A stretch of DNA of 64,000 bases. It comes from Eledone cirrhosa. Its lineage: Eukaryota. The position numbers were made by a program, and so were the translations under genes. The stretch is taken from assembly GCA_964016885.1 (NCBI GenBank), contig OZ024742.1, forward strand, positions 57,412,001 to 57,476,000, read 5' to 3'. The notes under the pieces are model-generated. The model was given only the letters and a program-made list of their open reading frames with translations, searched no databases and was not told the DNA's origin. Position 1 is the stretch's first letter, and each line of letters begins with the position of its first letter. Below are positions 1-13,333 of the stretch, in pieces.

Positions 1-769
<769 letters not shown>

Positions 770-770
<1 letters not shown>

Positions 771-1459
771 ATTAAGTTAAAAATGTACATCCACATATGT
801 ATACTGAAATACTAGTATGCATATGAATACACACACGTGTACATATGTAGATGTACATATGTGTACATATGTAGATGCATACTAGTATTTCAGTATACAT
901 ATGTGGATGTACATTTTTAACTTAATTGTTTAAGCGTCAGTCATACAAAAGTGAGTTACAAACGAAACGAAATTTAATTTCGTTTCGTTATTTGTTTTTA
1001 TCGTCTCCGTTGAACCGGTACGTACTCACGCTCTATGCAAATTGGTCTGCCCACTACTAATTTTCATAGAAAAAGCATATAACGATATGTGCTTTCACGA
1101 TTCTCTAGAGAGGCCGGAAGATAGGTAAATATTGCTGATGAGATGTAACAACATCGAAACTAGTCCAATATTCCTTGTCTGGCTTTCTGGAGAATAGAGG
1201 AAAGGTGTTTCCTCAAAAACCAGTATGACTCTAAAAACCGGTTTGTCTGTGTGTTTACATACAGAATAGCTGGACACTCACAGTAAAGTGACCAGTGAAA
1301 ACTCGGTACATCTACATATGTACACGTGTGTGTATTCATATGCATACTAGTATTTCAGTATACATATGTGGATGTACATTTTTAACTTAATTGTTTAAGC
1401 GTCAGTCATACAAAAGTGAGTTACAAACGAAACGAAATTTAATTTCGTTTCGTTATTTG

Positions 1460-1465
<6 letters not shown>
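770..1465 (+). mobile_element. Non-coding HHR-containing retrozyme-like element, family A (~465 nt unit, partial tandem plus 5' inverted segment)
   Basis: 875-998 is repeated directly at 1340-1464; 770-855 is the reverse complement of ~1306-1392; hammerhead at 1128-1172; (TA)n on both sides. Confidence 0.8.
1128..1172 (+). ncRNA. Minimal type I hammerhead ribozyme
   Basis: aatattg-CTGATGA-gatgt(aaca)acatc-GAAA-ctag-TC-caatatt: 7-bp stem I, canonical core, 5-bp stem II, palindromic stem III, GUC cleavage triplet (cut after 1165). Confidence 0.93.
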
Positions 1466-1512
<47 letters not shown>

Positions 1513-1967
1513 CAGTTGAGCAGTTGAAGTATAAGGACGTGTTTTTACTTCTCTCCCCGAGTAAGCAGCAAGTCACACAGCCACAAAACAAAACAAAACA
1601 AACAAAAATTGACCGGTTAATACATTTACATACATCTATATTATTATATATTTGAAAATTGACCGGTTAATACATTTACATACATCTATATTATTATATA
1701 TTTGAAACCACGTGTTTTCGAACTTGTGAGTACATTTTCCTTTAACTACAAATTATTATTATATACTTTCGTCTTTTCATTAACTTAATTAATTTCAAAT
1801 AACCAGAATATACATATATATATATATATATACTCATATTTATATATATACTCTTCTCACTCACACACAAGAAAAACAAAAAATAAAAAATAAATCAAAA
1901 ATAAATTTAAAAAAAATATATATATATTGAAATACTTAACTAAAACACACACACACTCAAAACTAGA

Positions 1968-3116
1968 ATGGCTAACCAGCAAAAATCCAAACAGAACTGG
2001 TCTGATAATGAAATCGACATTCTAATAAACACATGGCATTGCCTTTCCCAAACAGAAAACATAGATGCTTCATCTCTGAACGACATTGCTAAACGTACAG
2101 TTCAATTTTTGAAAACTCGATCTGAACAACAGATTCAAAATAAATTAAAGCAAATCGAAATTGCTTTTAAATTAATCAATAAACATTTGGATAAACTACG
2201 GTGTGTTTTCTCTTCGAATGCTGTTCAGCAGCAGCAACAACAACAACAGCAGCTACAACAGCAACAACAACAACAGCTACAACAACAACATCAACAACAG
2301 CAACAACAACAACAACGACAACAACAGTGTGAACCACTCCTTGATTCATCAACAATGGCCGATCTACTAAATGAAACTATTGACCCCCCAGTAGCCTCTG
2401 TCTCACAGCATGAAACGCCACATCCTTTCTCTGGCCCAGCAGTCCAATCATCACCACTGCCAACATCTCTGCCTACTACTACTACTACTACAACATTTTT
2501 GTCTACTGCTATGTCAAGGAATTTACCTTCTAATACCAGAACAAGAACTCTCCCTCCCACAGTCCACAAAGGTCGTCAAATCCTACCCAAACCATCATCT
2601 ACACCTCTCACAACACACACACCCACATACCCACCCACTCGAAACCCCATCATTTGCCGCTACTCTCTACGCTATAGAATATGTACGGATAGTGGCTGCA
2701 AATTCACCCATTTACCTAGGACAAAACGATCTATCCCCACAAACAGCCACCACCATAATACATACTCTAATTTAACACCAACACAACCACCAATAACTCA
2801 AACAAGGAATCCACAAATCTGCCGTTTTTCCCTGCGAGACAGATTGTGTTTAGACCGGGATTGTCCCTTTACCCATCTCCCGGGGACCCGTCGGACAAAT
2901 GAAAATAAAATTAAAAATAAAAGCAAAAACAAAAACCATAACCTACATAAAAATAACCACTACCACAGTCACCAACAGTCTTCTAAACAGGAAACTTCTT
3001 CCTCTTTTTTAGCCATAATGAATCTGGCAAAAGAACTGGAAAAAGATATTCGAGCTATCACCCAGCACCACCCTCCACTATCACCCCACTGCACAAACTC
3101 CCATTGCTGCCATTAA
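1968..3116 (+). CDS. LINE ORF1: N-terminal Myb/SANT-like helix region, polyQ tract, two CCCH zinc fingers
   Basis: 382-aa ATG-initiated ORF. WSDNEIDILINTW...RSEQQIQNKLK resembles Myb/SANT-like domains; two C-x8-C-x4-C-x3-H motifs (CRYSLRYRICTDSGCKFTH, CRFSLRDRLCLDRDCPFTH). Confidence 0.85.
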   Translation: MANQQKSKQNWSDNEIDILINTWHCLSQTENIDASSLNDIAKRTVQFLKTRSEQQIQNKLKQIEIAFKLINKHLDKLRCVFSSNAVQQQQQQQQQLQQQQQQQLQQQHQQQQQQQQRQQQCEPLLDSSTMADLLNETIDPPVASVSQHETPHPFSGPAVQSSPLPTSLPTTTTTTTFLSTAMSRNLPSNTRTRTLPPTVHKGRQILPKPSSTPLTTHTPTYPPTRNPIICRYSLRYRICTDSGCKFTHLPRTKRSIPTNSHHHNTYSNLTPTQPPITQTRNPQICRFSLRDRLCLDRDCPFTHLPGTRRTNENKIKNKSKNKNHNLHKNNHYHSHQQSSKQETSSSFLAIMNLAKELEKDIRAITQHHPPLSPHCTNSHCCH

Positions 3117-6100
3117 CAAACAAACAAATTAACAACACACCAAAACAATTAAAACCATCCACTCTCGCCTCTACATTTTTGCTTAACGCCCAAGGCATCA
3201 GCCCTTCCACCAATACTCAAAAATGGAAGATCAAATTCCTGGAGGACTGGATTGATGTCCATCCAAACCACATCCCTTTCTTCGTCCTCACTGAAACCCA
3301 TCTCAGTAACCTCCACTTGGAAGCCGAGGTGAAAGTGAAAAATTTCAAAGCCATCCGTGCTGATCGCGCTGGCAGAAGAAAGGGCGGAACTGCCATTTAT
3401 GTCCATAATTCTTTCTCAACAGAGGCTATGAACATATTCACTAATGGATACTGTGAAGCAGTCACTGTATTCAGTCAAACCAACAACCTATTAGTAGTTG
3501 GGCTCTATAGGCCACCCCAAACGCCTGTACCATGCTTCAAGGAATGCCTCAACAGCATAAAGTGTTTCATCCAAGAGTGTCACCCTGACAACATCTTAAT
3601 GATGGGGGACTTCAACCTCCCCGGAGTTGACTGGTCCACAAACAGCCTGCCACCAGGTTCTTCTGCCTCAACCTCTGACAGGGAAGCTGTGGAATCGCTC
3701 CTTGACTTCATGGATGATTTCTTCCTATCCCAACTGGTGCTCGAACCAACGAGGTGCCACAAAAACGTCCTAGACTTAATTTTCAGCAATCACACTGACA
3801 ATATCCACAATATTGCAGTGGAGAAAACTCTACTCTCTGATCATGACATGGTTCTCTGTGATCTGCGATTCCACCGTCCAATATACAAACCCAATGTCAT
3901 CTCTCCTGTCCATCCATTTGACGCTATGGATTTCCACAATGCAAACTGGGAAGCGATCAGTCATGATCTTGCATATGTCGACTGGTCCTTCACGCACACT
4001 CATACACCCACTAACATCAAAAAGTCCTGGCAGACATTTGTGGACACTGTTACAAACATATGTGCTAAACACACCCCATTAAGAACTATAAACAAATCTA
4101 AGAGCAGAATCCCTAGAAATAGAAAAACGCTCATCAGAAAAATTAAGAGAACGAACAAAAAAATCAACAAGCTGAAATACTGTCAGCAGCAACACATCAA
4201 CTTGACTGCCATTTCATCACTAGAGATTAAAAAACATAACCTCCAAAACAACATAATGTCCCTCATCAACAATCAGAGAAGAGCTGAAGAGGCCTGGGCC
4301 ATTGAGAAGATCAAACTCAATCCCAAAGTGTTCTTTTCATTTGCAAAAAAACACAAAATCACTGGCTCTACTGTTGGCCCTCTAATTGATGAAAATGGCA
4401 CTCTTCAAGACAATGCTAAAACCATGGGTGAGATACTGCAGAAACAATACTGCTCTGTTTTCAGCAATCCTGATATGGCCGATCTGGGCTGTATCGGCGA
4501 TGTTACTCCCCATTACACCTTATCGGCCATAACGTTTGGCGCCCCTGATGTCTTGGCGGCAATAAAGGAAATCAAGCATAATTCAGCAGTAGGTCCCGAT
4601 AGGTTCCCTGCTTGTGTCTTGAAGGCGTGTCAACACCAACTTGCATCTCCTCTTGCCAATCTGTGGCGGAACTCACTGGATGCTGGATATGTGCCAGAAA
4701 ACCTTCTATCCCAGTCTGTTGTCCCAGTTTTCAAAAAGGGAAACAAATCCCTTGCCGTGAATTACCGTCCAATCTCATTCACCTCTCATATCATTAAGGT
4801 ATTTGAGCGAGTGGTGAGATCGCGAATGACCCACTTCCTTGAGAGTAACAATATGCTGAACTCCAACCAGCATGGATTCCGTAATGGAAGGGATTGCCTG
4901 ACGCAGCTACTGCATCACTTTGATGACATTTTGAGAGCCTTGGGAGAGGGTTCCAACACTGATGTTATCTACCTTGATTTCAGCAAGGCCTTTGACAGGG
5001 TTGATCACAACATTCTACTGAGAAAGCTGTCCAATATTGGTGTCACTGGAAAGCTGCTGCAGTGGATCAAGAGCTTCCTGTCAAACAGAACCCAACATGT
5101 TGTAGTTGAGGGAGTCAAATCAAGCCCAGCCAAAGTTAGTAGTGGGGTCCCACAAGGCACTGTGTTGGGCCCACTTCTCTTCATCATCTATATTAATGAC
5201 ATCACTGACATCATCAAACACAGCAACATTAAAATTTTCGCTGATGATTCCAAACTCCAAAAGGTCATCAATGGCGTGGATGACCGGATAAGCCTTCAGT
5301 CAGACCTACTGGCTGTTACCCAATGGGCAGAAAAGAACAACATGTTACTGAACGAAGACAAATTCGAACTGATCCACTTTGGAAAAGAGGATGCTCTGAA
5401 ACTCCCGTACTCCCTTCCCTCCGGGGAAACTCTCGTGGCATCTAACAACATCAGAGACTTGGGAGTAACCGTGGACAGCAACATAAGCTGGACCACGCAT
5501 ATAAGCAGCAAAGTTGACATGGCCCGCAGAATGTGTTCCTGGATCCTCAGAACCTTCCAGTCGAGAGATTCCCGCACCATTATCCTTCTCTTCTCTACTT
5601 TCGCCCGACCACACCTTGAATACTGTTGTCCACTGTGGTCTCCCCACCGAAACAAAGTATCATGAAACTTGAAGCTCCTCAAAGGGCAATCACGAAAAAG
5701 ATAGATGGCATGTCAGACCTTGACTACTGGGGTCGATTAGAAAACCTGAAACTTTACTCACTCCAACGTCGCCGTGAGCGTTATATTATCTGCATGATGT
5801 GGAAAATGTTCCATCATCACTGCCCAAAATGATGTTGGCATCGCCTTCAAGACACACCCAAGGCTTGGGCCCCGTGCTATCCGTCCCATTCAAAAATCTA
5901 AATCGCAACTCATAACAACAATACGGCACAATTATTTCACCTCAATCGGCCCTGCTCTCTTCAACATCACACCAGGACACGTCAAAACAGAAACTGACCA
6001 CACAAAATTCAAGAAGTCTTTGGACAAATTCCTCCAAGTAATCCCGGACAAACCACCCACACCCGGATATGTCTCCGCAAACAGTAATTCTCTTCTCGAA

Positions 6101-6124
6101 TGGGCCATGGTGCCCAAATCCTGA
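3104..6124 (+). CDS. LINE ORF2: AP endonuclease + reverse transcriptase, interrupted by two compensating 1-nt indels (~5647 and ~5828)
   Basis: APE motifs LNAQG, LTETH, YRPP, MGDFNLP, LDL, SDH; RT motifs YLDFSKAFDRV, GVPQGTVLGPLLF, FADD. Versus the copy at 25785-27700 there is a 1-nt loss in ccccac(a)cg and a 1-nt gain in cccaaaat; the original frame resumes and ends at TGA 6122-6124. Confidence 0.88.
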
Positions 6125-6209
6125 ATTGAAAGACCTCGCCTGGTGGTGCTATTAAGTTAGACATGGCCTAGGCCAATACTGGCCAAAACATTTCAAAGTT
6201 ATTCAAAGT

Positions 6210-6249
<40 letters not shown>

Positions 6250-6345
6250 AATATATATATATATATATACTATATATATATATATATATATACGTATATA
6301 TATATATATACGTATATATATATATATATATACGTATATATATAT

Positions 6346-6385
<40 letters not shown>

Positions 6386-6434
6386 CGTATATATATATAT
6401 ATATATACGTATATATATATATATATATATATAC

Positions 6435-6540
<106 letters not shown>

Positions 6541-6676
6541 GTATATATATATATACGTATATATATATATATATATATATACGTATATATATATATATAT
6601 ATACGTATATATATATATATATATATATATACGTATATATATATATATATATATATACGTATATATATATATATAC

Positions 6677-6785
<109 letters not shown>

Positions 6786-6795
6786 GTATATGTGT

Positions 6796-7378
6796 AAATA
6801 GATCAACAGTTAAATTCTCATACTCAACAACCAAAAACATAAAACAAAATATAAGTGCCTATAATGCATATAAATGTAAAAAAAACATAAGTATACCACC
6901 AGTACATCAAACTAGCCATAATATCTCCTCAAATACAGAATTAACGAAAGGTTGTAACTGTAGAAACAAGGCAAACTGCCCATTAAAAGGAAATTGTCTT
7001 GTTAACAACATAGTATATAAATGTAAAGTTAAAACTAAGGATTTTATTTGCTCATATATAGGAGCTACTTCTAACAATTTTAAGGTAAGATTTAATACCC
7101 ACAAACATAGTTTTAAAAATGCCGCACTGGCTAATACAACATCTCTAGCAGAAAAAATTAATAGTTATAGAAAGAGGAATATAGAATATGATATGACTTG
7201 GAGTGTGCTCAAAAGAGTCACCCCTTATCAAAATAATAGAAATGAATGTAGATTGTGTTCCCAAGAACTATTTGAAATAATGAAATCTAAGGATATCCTA
7301 TTAAATAAGCGACAGGAATTAATAATATCGTGTAATCATAAACTGAAAAAAACATTTAAATATTATAAACCTAATTAA
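6796..7378 (+). pseudogene. 5'-truncated copy of the Penelope GIY-YIG endonuclease coding region
   Basis: Nearly identical to 12751-13333 ([15 protein letters not shown]...[16 protein letters not shown]...CRLC...LLNKRQEL). Confidence 0.9.
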
Positions 7379-8479
7379 TAATATATATTTTAGAAATTAA
7401 TATATAAATTAATTTTAATGTAGTTAACCTATAATTTTAATTTAATTAAAATTCTACTACAGATGAAATAAAAAATATCGTATAATCATAAACTTAGAAA
7501 AACATTTAAATATTATTAACCTAATTAATATATACTTTAGAAATTAATATATAGATTAATTTTAGTTTATTTAACCTTTTATTAAAATTCTTTTACAGAT
7601 GAAATACAACAAAATATCGTGTAATTAAAAACGGAGAAAAACTTTTTAATATTATAAACCTAATTAATATACAATTTAGAAATTAATATATAAATTAATT
7701 TTAATTTAGTTAACCTATAATTTTAATTTAGTTAGCTTATAATTAAAATTCTAATACAGATGAAATGCAAAATATCGTGTAATCATAAACTGAGAAAAAC
7801 TTTTAAATATATACCTAATTAATATACACTTTACAAATTAATATATAGATTAATTTTAATTTAGTTAACCTATAATTAAAATTCTACTATAGATAAAATA
7901 CAAAATTTTACTTTAAATATTATAAACCTAATTAACATATACTATAGAAATTAATATATAATTTTTAATTTAGTTAACCTATAATTAATAATCTACTACC
8001 GATGAACTACTTAATTTGGCTTTCCCTCTTACAAAATTCATTTCCTAAAATTGATACCATCATGTAAATATATGTAATTAATTTTAATTTAGTTATGCTA
8101 CTGTTTAACTTCAAAATTCCGCTTTAAATATTATAAACCTAATTAGTATACACCTTAGAAATTAATATAGTAACTATTTTTATTTTAGTTAACCTATAAT
8201 TAATATTCTACTTATATTAAAATACATAATTTGGCTTTCCTTCTTACAAATACCATTTCCTAAAACTGACACCACTATATAAACACATATAAAGCTTTAA
8301 CTGCAGGTTAGTATTCTATGTTCCTTGAAACCTATATATTTACTATTTCCCACTAATAAATTTAATCCCCCCCCCAATAATTATATGTATATGTAAGCGT
8401 GGATGTGTGTATGTGTATGTAAGTGTGTATGTATGTGTGTTTGTATGTGAGTATAAAAATACATATGTATGCATATATA

Positions 8480-8536
<57 letters not shown>

Positions 8537-8671
8537 GTATGTGTAGAGATGTGTGTATGTATGTGTGTATATATGTGTATATGTGTCTGACTGTGTATAT
8601 ATGTGTGTGTATATCTATATATATGTATGTCTGAGTGTGTGTGTGTGTGTGGTTGTATATATACATGGGTA

Positions 8672-8769
<98 letters not shown>

Positions 8770-8806
8770 CGTGTAGACGCGTTCTTGAGACTAGTAAAAT
8801 GAGGTA

Positions 8807-8894
8807 TCCTCTTGATAAGTCGGCAGACCTCGCAAGGACTCTATATCTTTGATATATTGTTTTTGTTTATGCCACGAAACTACGTAGTCGAGGA
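8807..8894 (+). ncRNA. Type I hammerhead ribozyme with variant U3-A8 core and extended stem II
   Basis: tcctc-TTGATAA-gt(c)ggca...tgccac-GAAA-ctacgtag-TC-gagga; palindromic stem III; GUC cleavage site after 8889. Confidence 0.85.
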
Positions 8895-9396
8895 ATTTAG
8901 GAACAGTTTAGGTATGATACATTTTATTACTAATTATATCTAAATGTTTCTTCTCTCTTCATAATGTATTTTTAACTCTGATACTGGTTCAGTCTAGTTC
9001 AAACTGAATTGGTCTGTCCCAGTCATTCATTGAGCAACATCGGTGAAGTTGGCACCCTTAACTCACAGTTGGTGCGGATGCATTCATGTATATATGTGTG
9101 CGTCCGCATGTATCTGTGTGTTTCTAAATATATTAATAACTCCCTCTGGTCGAGCAATCTTTGAGGTGTGGGGACAACTGGAAGGCTTCCATTACTCATA
9201 CTTCTCGCCTTCTTCACTACCTCTTCTACGGCCTCGATATGAATACCCCCTCCGCCTCCGTGGTATTTTCTTCGTGGTTATAAGAGGCTTAGCTCTGTTT
9301 CTCGACCGTTATATCGCGTGACTATCTCCCCCTCCGCCTTTTGGGATTCTTTCTCACGTCGTGTAGACGCGTTCTTGAGACTAGTAAAATGAGGTA

Positions 9397-9484
9397 TCCT
9401 CTTGATAAGTCGGCAGACCTCGCAAGGACTCTATATCTTTGATATATTGTTTTTGTTTATGCCACGAAACTACGTAGTCGAGGA
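9397..9484 (+). ncRNA. Second identical U3-A8 hammerhead of family B
   Basis: Same sequence as 8807-8894, 590 nt downstream. Confidence 0.85.
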
Positions 9485-9553
9485 ATTTAGGAACAGTTTA
9501 GGTATGATACATTTTATTACTAATTATATCTAAATGTTTCTTCTCTCTTCATA

Positions 9554-9600
<47 letters not shown>

Positions 9601-10055
9601 TGTATATTTATATGTATGGGTATATGTTTTACTTATTTTTATGTGTGTGCATACAAACAGGTCAATATGCGTGAGTGTAAGTATGTGTATCTGTGTGTGT
9701 ATGTATGTAAGTATCGAACGTATGGATGTGTAAATGTGCGTGTATATATAAGCATGTCTATTTTATGTCTCTCTTTTATGTTTTTTTATGTTTCTTTTGT
9801 GAGACATGCGTGTCCGTGTATGTACGTACCACCACCCACCCCCCTTTTTTGTCCTTTTTTGTCTTCTTTTCTTGAGTTTTTTCCTTCTATATAAAAAAAA
9901 AATTTTATTTCTAATTTATTGATACATTTTTATAAGTATGTCGAGATTGACACTTTCCTTTAATTTCTATACTCCCTTACCTCTTTTACTTCCGCATCTA
10001 AATGTAAGTGTGTGTGGGTGTGTTTATGTGAGCGCCTCAATATTCATATACTTGT

Positions 10056-10135
<80 letters not shown>

Positions 10136-10391
10136 CTGTCTGTTGATTACAGACATACAGATACATTAGCCCTTAATTTTATATTTACATACACTTTTTC
10201 ACTATACGTATACATATGAGCATACACTTTTATGCACATCTGTGAGCGTATTTACATACATATATACACACCTAACTGTATTTTCTTGATAAATTTTTAT
10301 GTATCTCAATCTTTATTTCATTGTTCTATTCAAAATCTGTTCCCAAACAGACCTATTATTTCGAATTGTTGTTATTATCAATAAACATGCA

Positions 10392-10532
10392 TCATTATTT
10401 CTGAAGACAGCATATATATGTGAAGGTATGTATATTCTCTCTGATAGTTTGTATAATTTTGTACATAGATCTTTTGAATATGCATACCAATTCTAACACA
10501 TATATGTCCTAGAAACGATCGTAAAATAATGA
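10392..10532 (+). ncRNA. Penelope pseudo-LTR hammerhead ribozyme with ~100-nt extended stem II
   Basis: tcattattt-CTGAAGA-[catatatatgtg..ggtatgtatattc // gaatatgcatacc..cacatatatg]-GAAA-cgatcg-TA-aaataatga: 9-bp stem I, palindromic stem III, GUA site. Confidence 0.82.
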
Positions 10533-10881
10533 ACTTTTTTTGTTTAATATAAGGAACTGTTTCTTTGTTTATTCATTATTTTTTTAATAATTTATCTTGA
10601 CTCTGTTTTCCGTTTATCTTTCACCGAAAGTGATTTTTGAATGCATCTCTTCTTTTCATGATATCCGGATTACATTGAGTTCTTCATACGGATTGGACAC
10701 TACCGTAAACTTTTGGTAGATTTATCTACATACTTTGCTCCTATTTTCACGGAAATATTCTTATTTTTGTATTGTATATGTGTGTAAATTTTATATTTAT
10801 GTATATACATATATATGTATGACTTTATAACTCCATATACAAATAGTTGAGCTCTTTCTCTTGTCCATTATCCATATCACA

Positions 10882-13333
10882 ATGGAAAAACAATACTTGG
10901 GAACTTCTTTAAATAATATACCAGTACCTTCTAAGGATGATTTCTTACTCCTTATGATACAGAAAACTAACCAATTTATCAGAAGAGTCAGATGGAGGGC
11001 CTACCACTTCGATAAAAAATCTAATTGTACAGATAGGAAATATATGTATGATTTCACTACGTATAAGAATCCACCACACAACTCTCTACTTGAAAACTTT
11101 GAGAAAGACCTTTTTAATTTAATTAAACACCTCAAATTTAAGAGGTATAAATCTAACTTTCAAAAGGACCTTGATTCTACCCTATTGGCCCTAAAAAAAT
11201 CTAAAAAAATCCATGTCCACTCGGACAAAACTGGAAACCTATATCACATGGATATTGAAAATTACAATGAGTTCATATATAAAGAACTCAGGAAAAATTA
11301 TAGAAAAACAAATAATGCGTCACTCACCAACATCAACAACAAAACACACAACATAGTGAATAAACTAAATATTGAAGATAGAACTGAACCTTTGGCATTG
11401 AAAAGACCACACTTCAACCTGAAAGATCATAAATCAAACTTTAACTCTAATCCTTCTATAAAACTTATATGTCCCTCCAAATCAGATATTGGAATAATTA
11501 GCAAAAATTTTAGATAGAGTCATCCCACAAATAAGAAAACATGTTAATTTACCACTCTGGGAAAACACTTCCCAGGTAATTAACTGGTTTAATAATATTA
11601 GATGTAAATCCTCTGTTTCATTTCTACAATTTGATATAGATAATTACTATTCTTCTATATCACCTATACTCCTGAACAAAGCTTTGATATTTGCTAAAAA
11701 TAGATCTAACTTAACTTTGGATGACATTAATATTATTACACATGCTAGACTAACACTAATTGAATTTCAGAATGAATACTGGACCAGAAACACATATAGT
11801 AATCTATTTGATATTACTATGGGCTCAAGTGATTCTGCCCAAATTACTGATCTTGTGGGCCTCTTTCTTCTTTTTAACATAAATGCTTCCTTTCCCCACC
11901 TTAAAGGTGGTTTATATCGTGATGACTGTCTTCTTCTTTCCAACAACCTTAGCCTCTCAGGGATAGAAAAAAACAAAAAGCTTATTAGAACTTTCCTTAA
12001 AGACTATTATAGTCTAGATATTACTTTTGAAAACACAAGTAAAGTAGTTAATTTCCTAGATATGACATTAGACTTAGCTACGGGTATCTACCAACCTTAC
12101 CATAAACCCAACCAAAATTTACACTACATACACTCACAATCTAATCACCCTAAATCTATCCTTAAAAACCTTGCATATAATATATCACTTAGAATTTCTA
12201 ACCTTTCGTCTAACCAAGATGTATTTGATAAAAATGCGACCTTTTATAACGAAGCTCTAGCTAGAAGTGGCCACAAAAATAGATTAGAATATATACCTTC
12301 TACCAATAACACTATAAACATACAACCTAATATTACCAACAAACACCAAATGAAACATACACACCTAAATGCCACTCACACTATACCCCAAAATACCAAC
12401 ATAAAACCAAATTTCTCTAACTCCTCTAATATAAAGTATAGTAACTCTCAAAAAACTACTCATCCTACAACTCTAATAAATGTTAATAATAAAACTCCTA
12501 ATAAACAAGCTAAAACACCTAAATCAATAAATCTAACTAAAAATGTGCGTGGAGAGGTCATTAACAATAATCCTCCTAGTAAACATCAGGATGCATCCTA
12601 TAAAAACAATAAACAACATAGAAACCGTAATAGACGAGTTACTTGGTATAATGCTCCATTTAATTTACAAATTAAGGATAATATACCTAAAAAATTCTTT
12701 AATATCCTAGAGAAAAACTTCTCGCCAAACCACAAATACCATCAAATATTAAATAGATCAACAGTTAAATTCTCATACTCAACAACCAAAAACATAAAAC
12801 AAAATATAAGTGCCTATAATGCATATAAATGTAAAAAAAACATAAGTATACCACCAGTACATCAAACTAGCCATAATATCTCCTCAAATACAGAATTAAC
12901 GAAAGGTTGTAACTGTAGAAACAAGGCAAACTGCCCATTAAAAGGAAATTGTCTTGTTAACAACATAGTATATAAATGTAAAGTTAAAACTAAGGATTCT
13001 ATTTGCTCATATATAGGAGCTACTTCTAACAATTTTAAGGTAAGATTTAATACCCACAAACATAGTTTTAAAAATGCCGCACTGGCTAATACAACATCTC
13101 TAGCAGAAAAAATTAATAGTTATAGAAAGAGGAATATAGAATATGATATGACCTGGAGTGTGCTCAAAAGAGCCACCCCTTATCAAAATAATAGAAATGA
13201 ATGTAGATTGTGTTCCCAAGAACTATTTGAAATAATGAAATCTAAGGATATCCTATTAAATAAGCGACAGGAATTAATAATATCGTGTAATCATAAACTG
13301 AGAAAAACATTTAAATATTATAAACCTAATTAA
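10882..13333 (+). CDS. Penelope-like RT-GIY-YIG polyprotein with one frameshift at the A-run 11503-11507
   Basis: MEKQYLGTSLNNIPVPSK...RRVRWRA; LKDHKSNF; after the shift ILDRVIPQ...LQFDIDNYYSSI, MGSSDSAQITDLVG, YRDD; C-terminal CNC..CPL..C and VYKC...YIGAT...FKVRFNTH (GIY-YIG). No other stops in either frame. Confidence 0.88.

Larger units (their letters stand above)
1511..6210 (+). mobile_element. Near full-length two-ORF CR1-group (CR1/L2-like) non-LTR retrotransposon inserted in (TA)n
   Basis: 5' UTR with a 50-bp tandem duplication (1605-1707); ORF1; APE-RT ORF2; 3' tail ttcaaagtt repeated twice (6192-6210); (TA)n on both flanks. Confidence 0.9.
8765..9557 (+). mobile_element. Non-coding HHR retrozyme-like element, family B (590-nt unit, ~1.35 copies), nested in the PLE's internal (TA)n
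   Basis: 8765-8968 is repeated at 9355-9558 (offset 590); each repeat carries a U3-A8 hammerhead; no credible ORF. Confidence 0.85.

Noticed and set aside
10882-13333. Selenocysteine recoding, reported for some Naiad PLEs
   Set aside because: No in-frame TGA in the reconstructed ORF.
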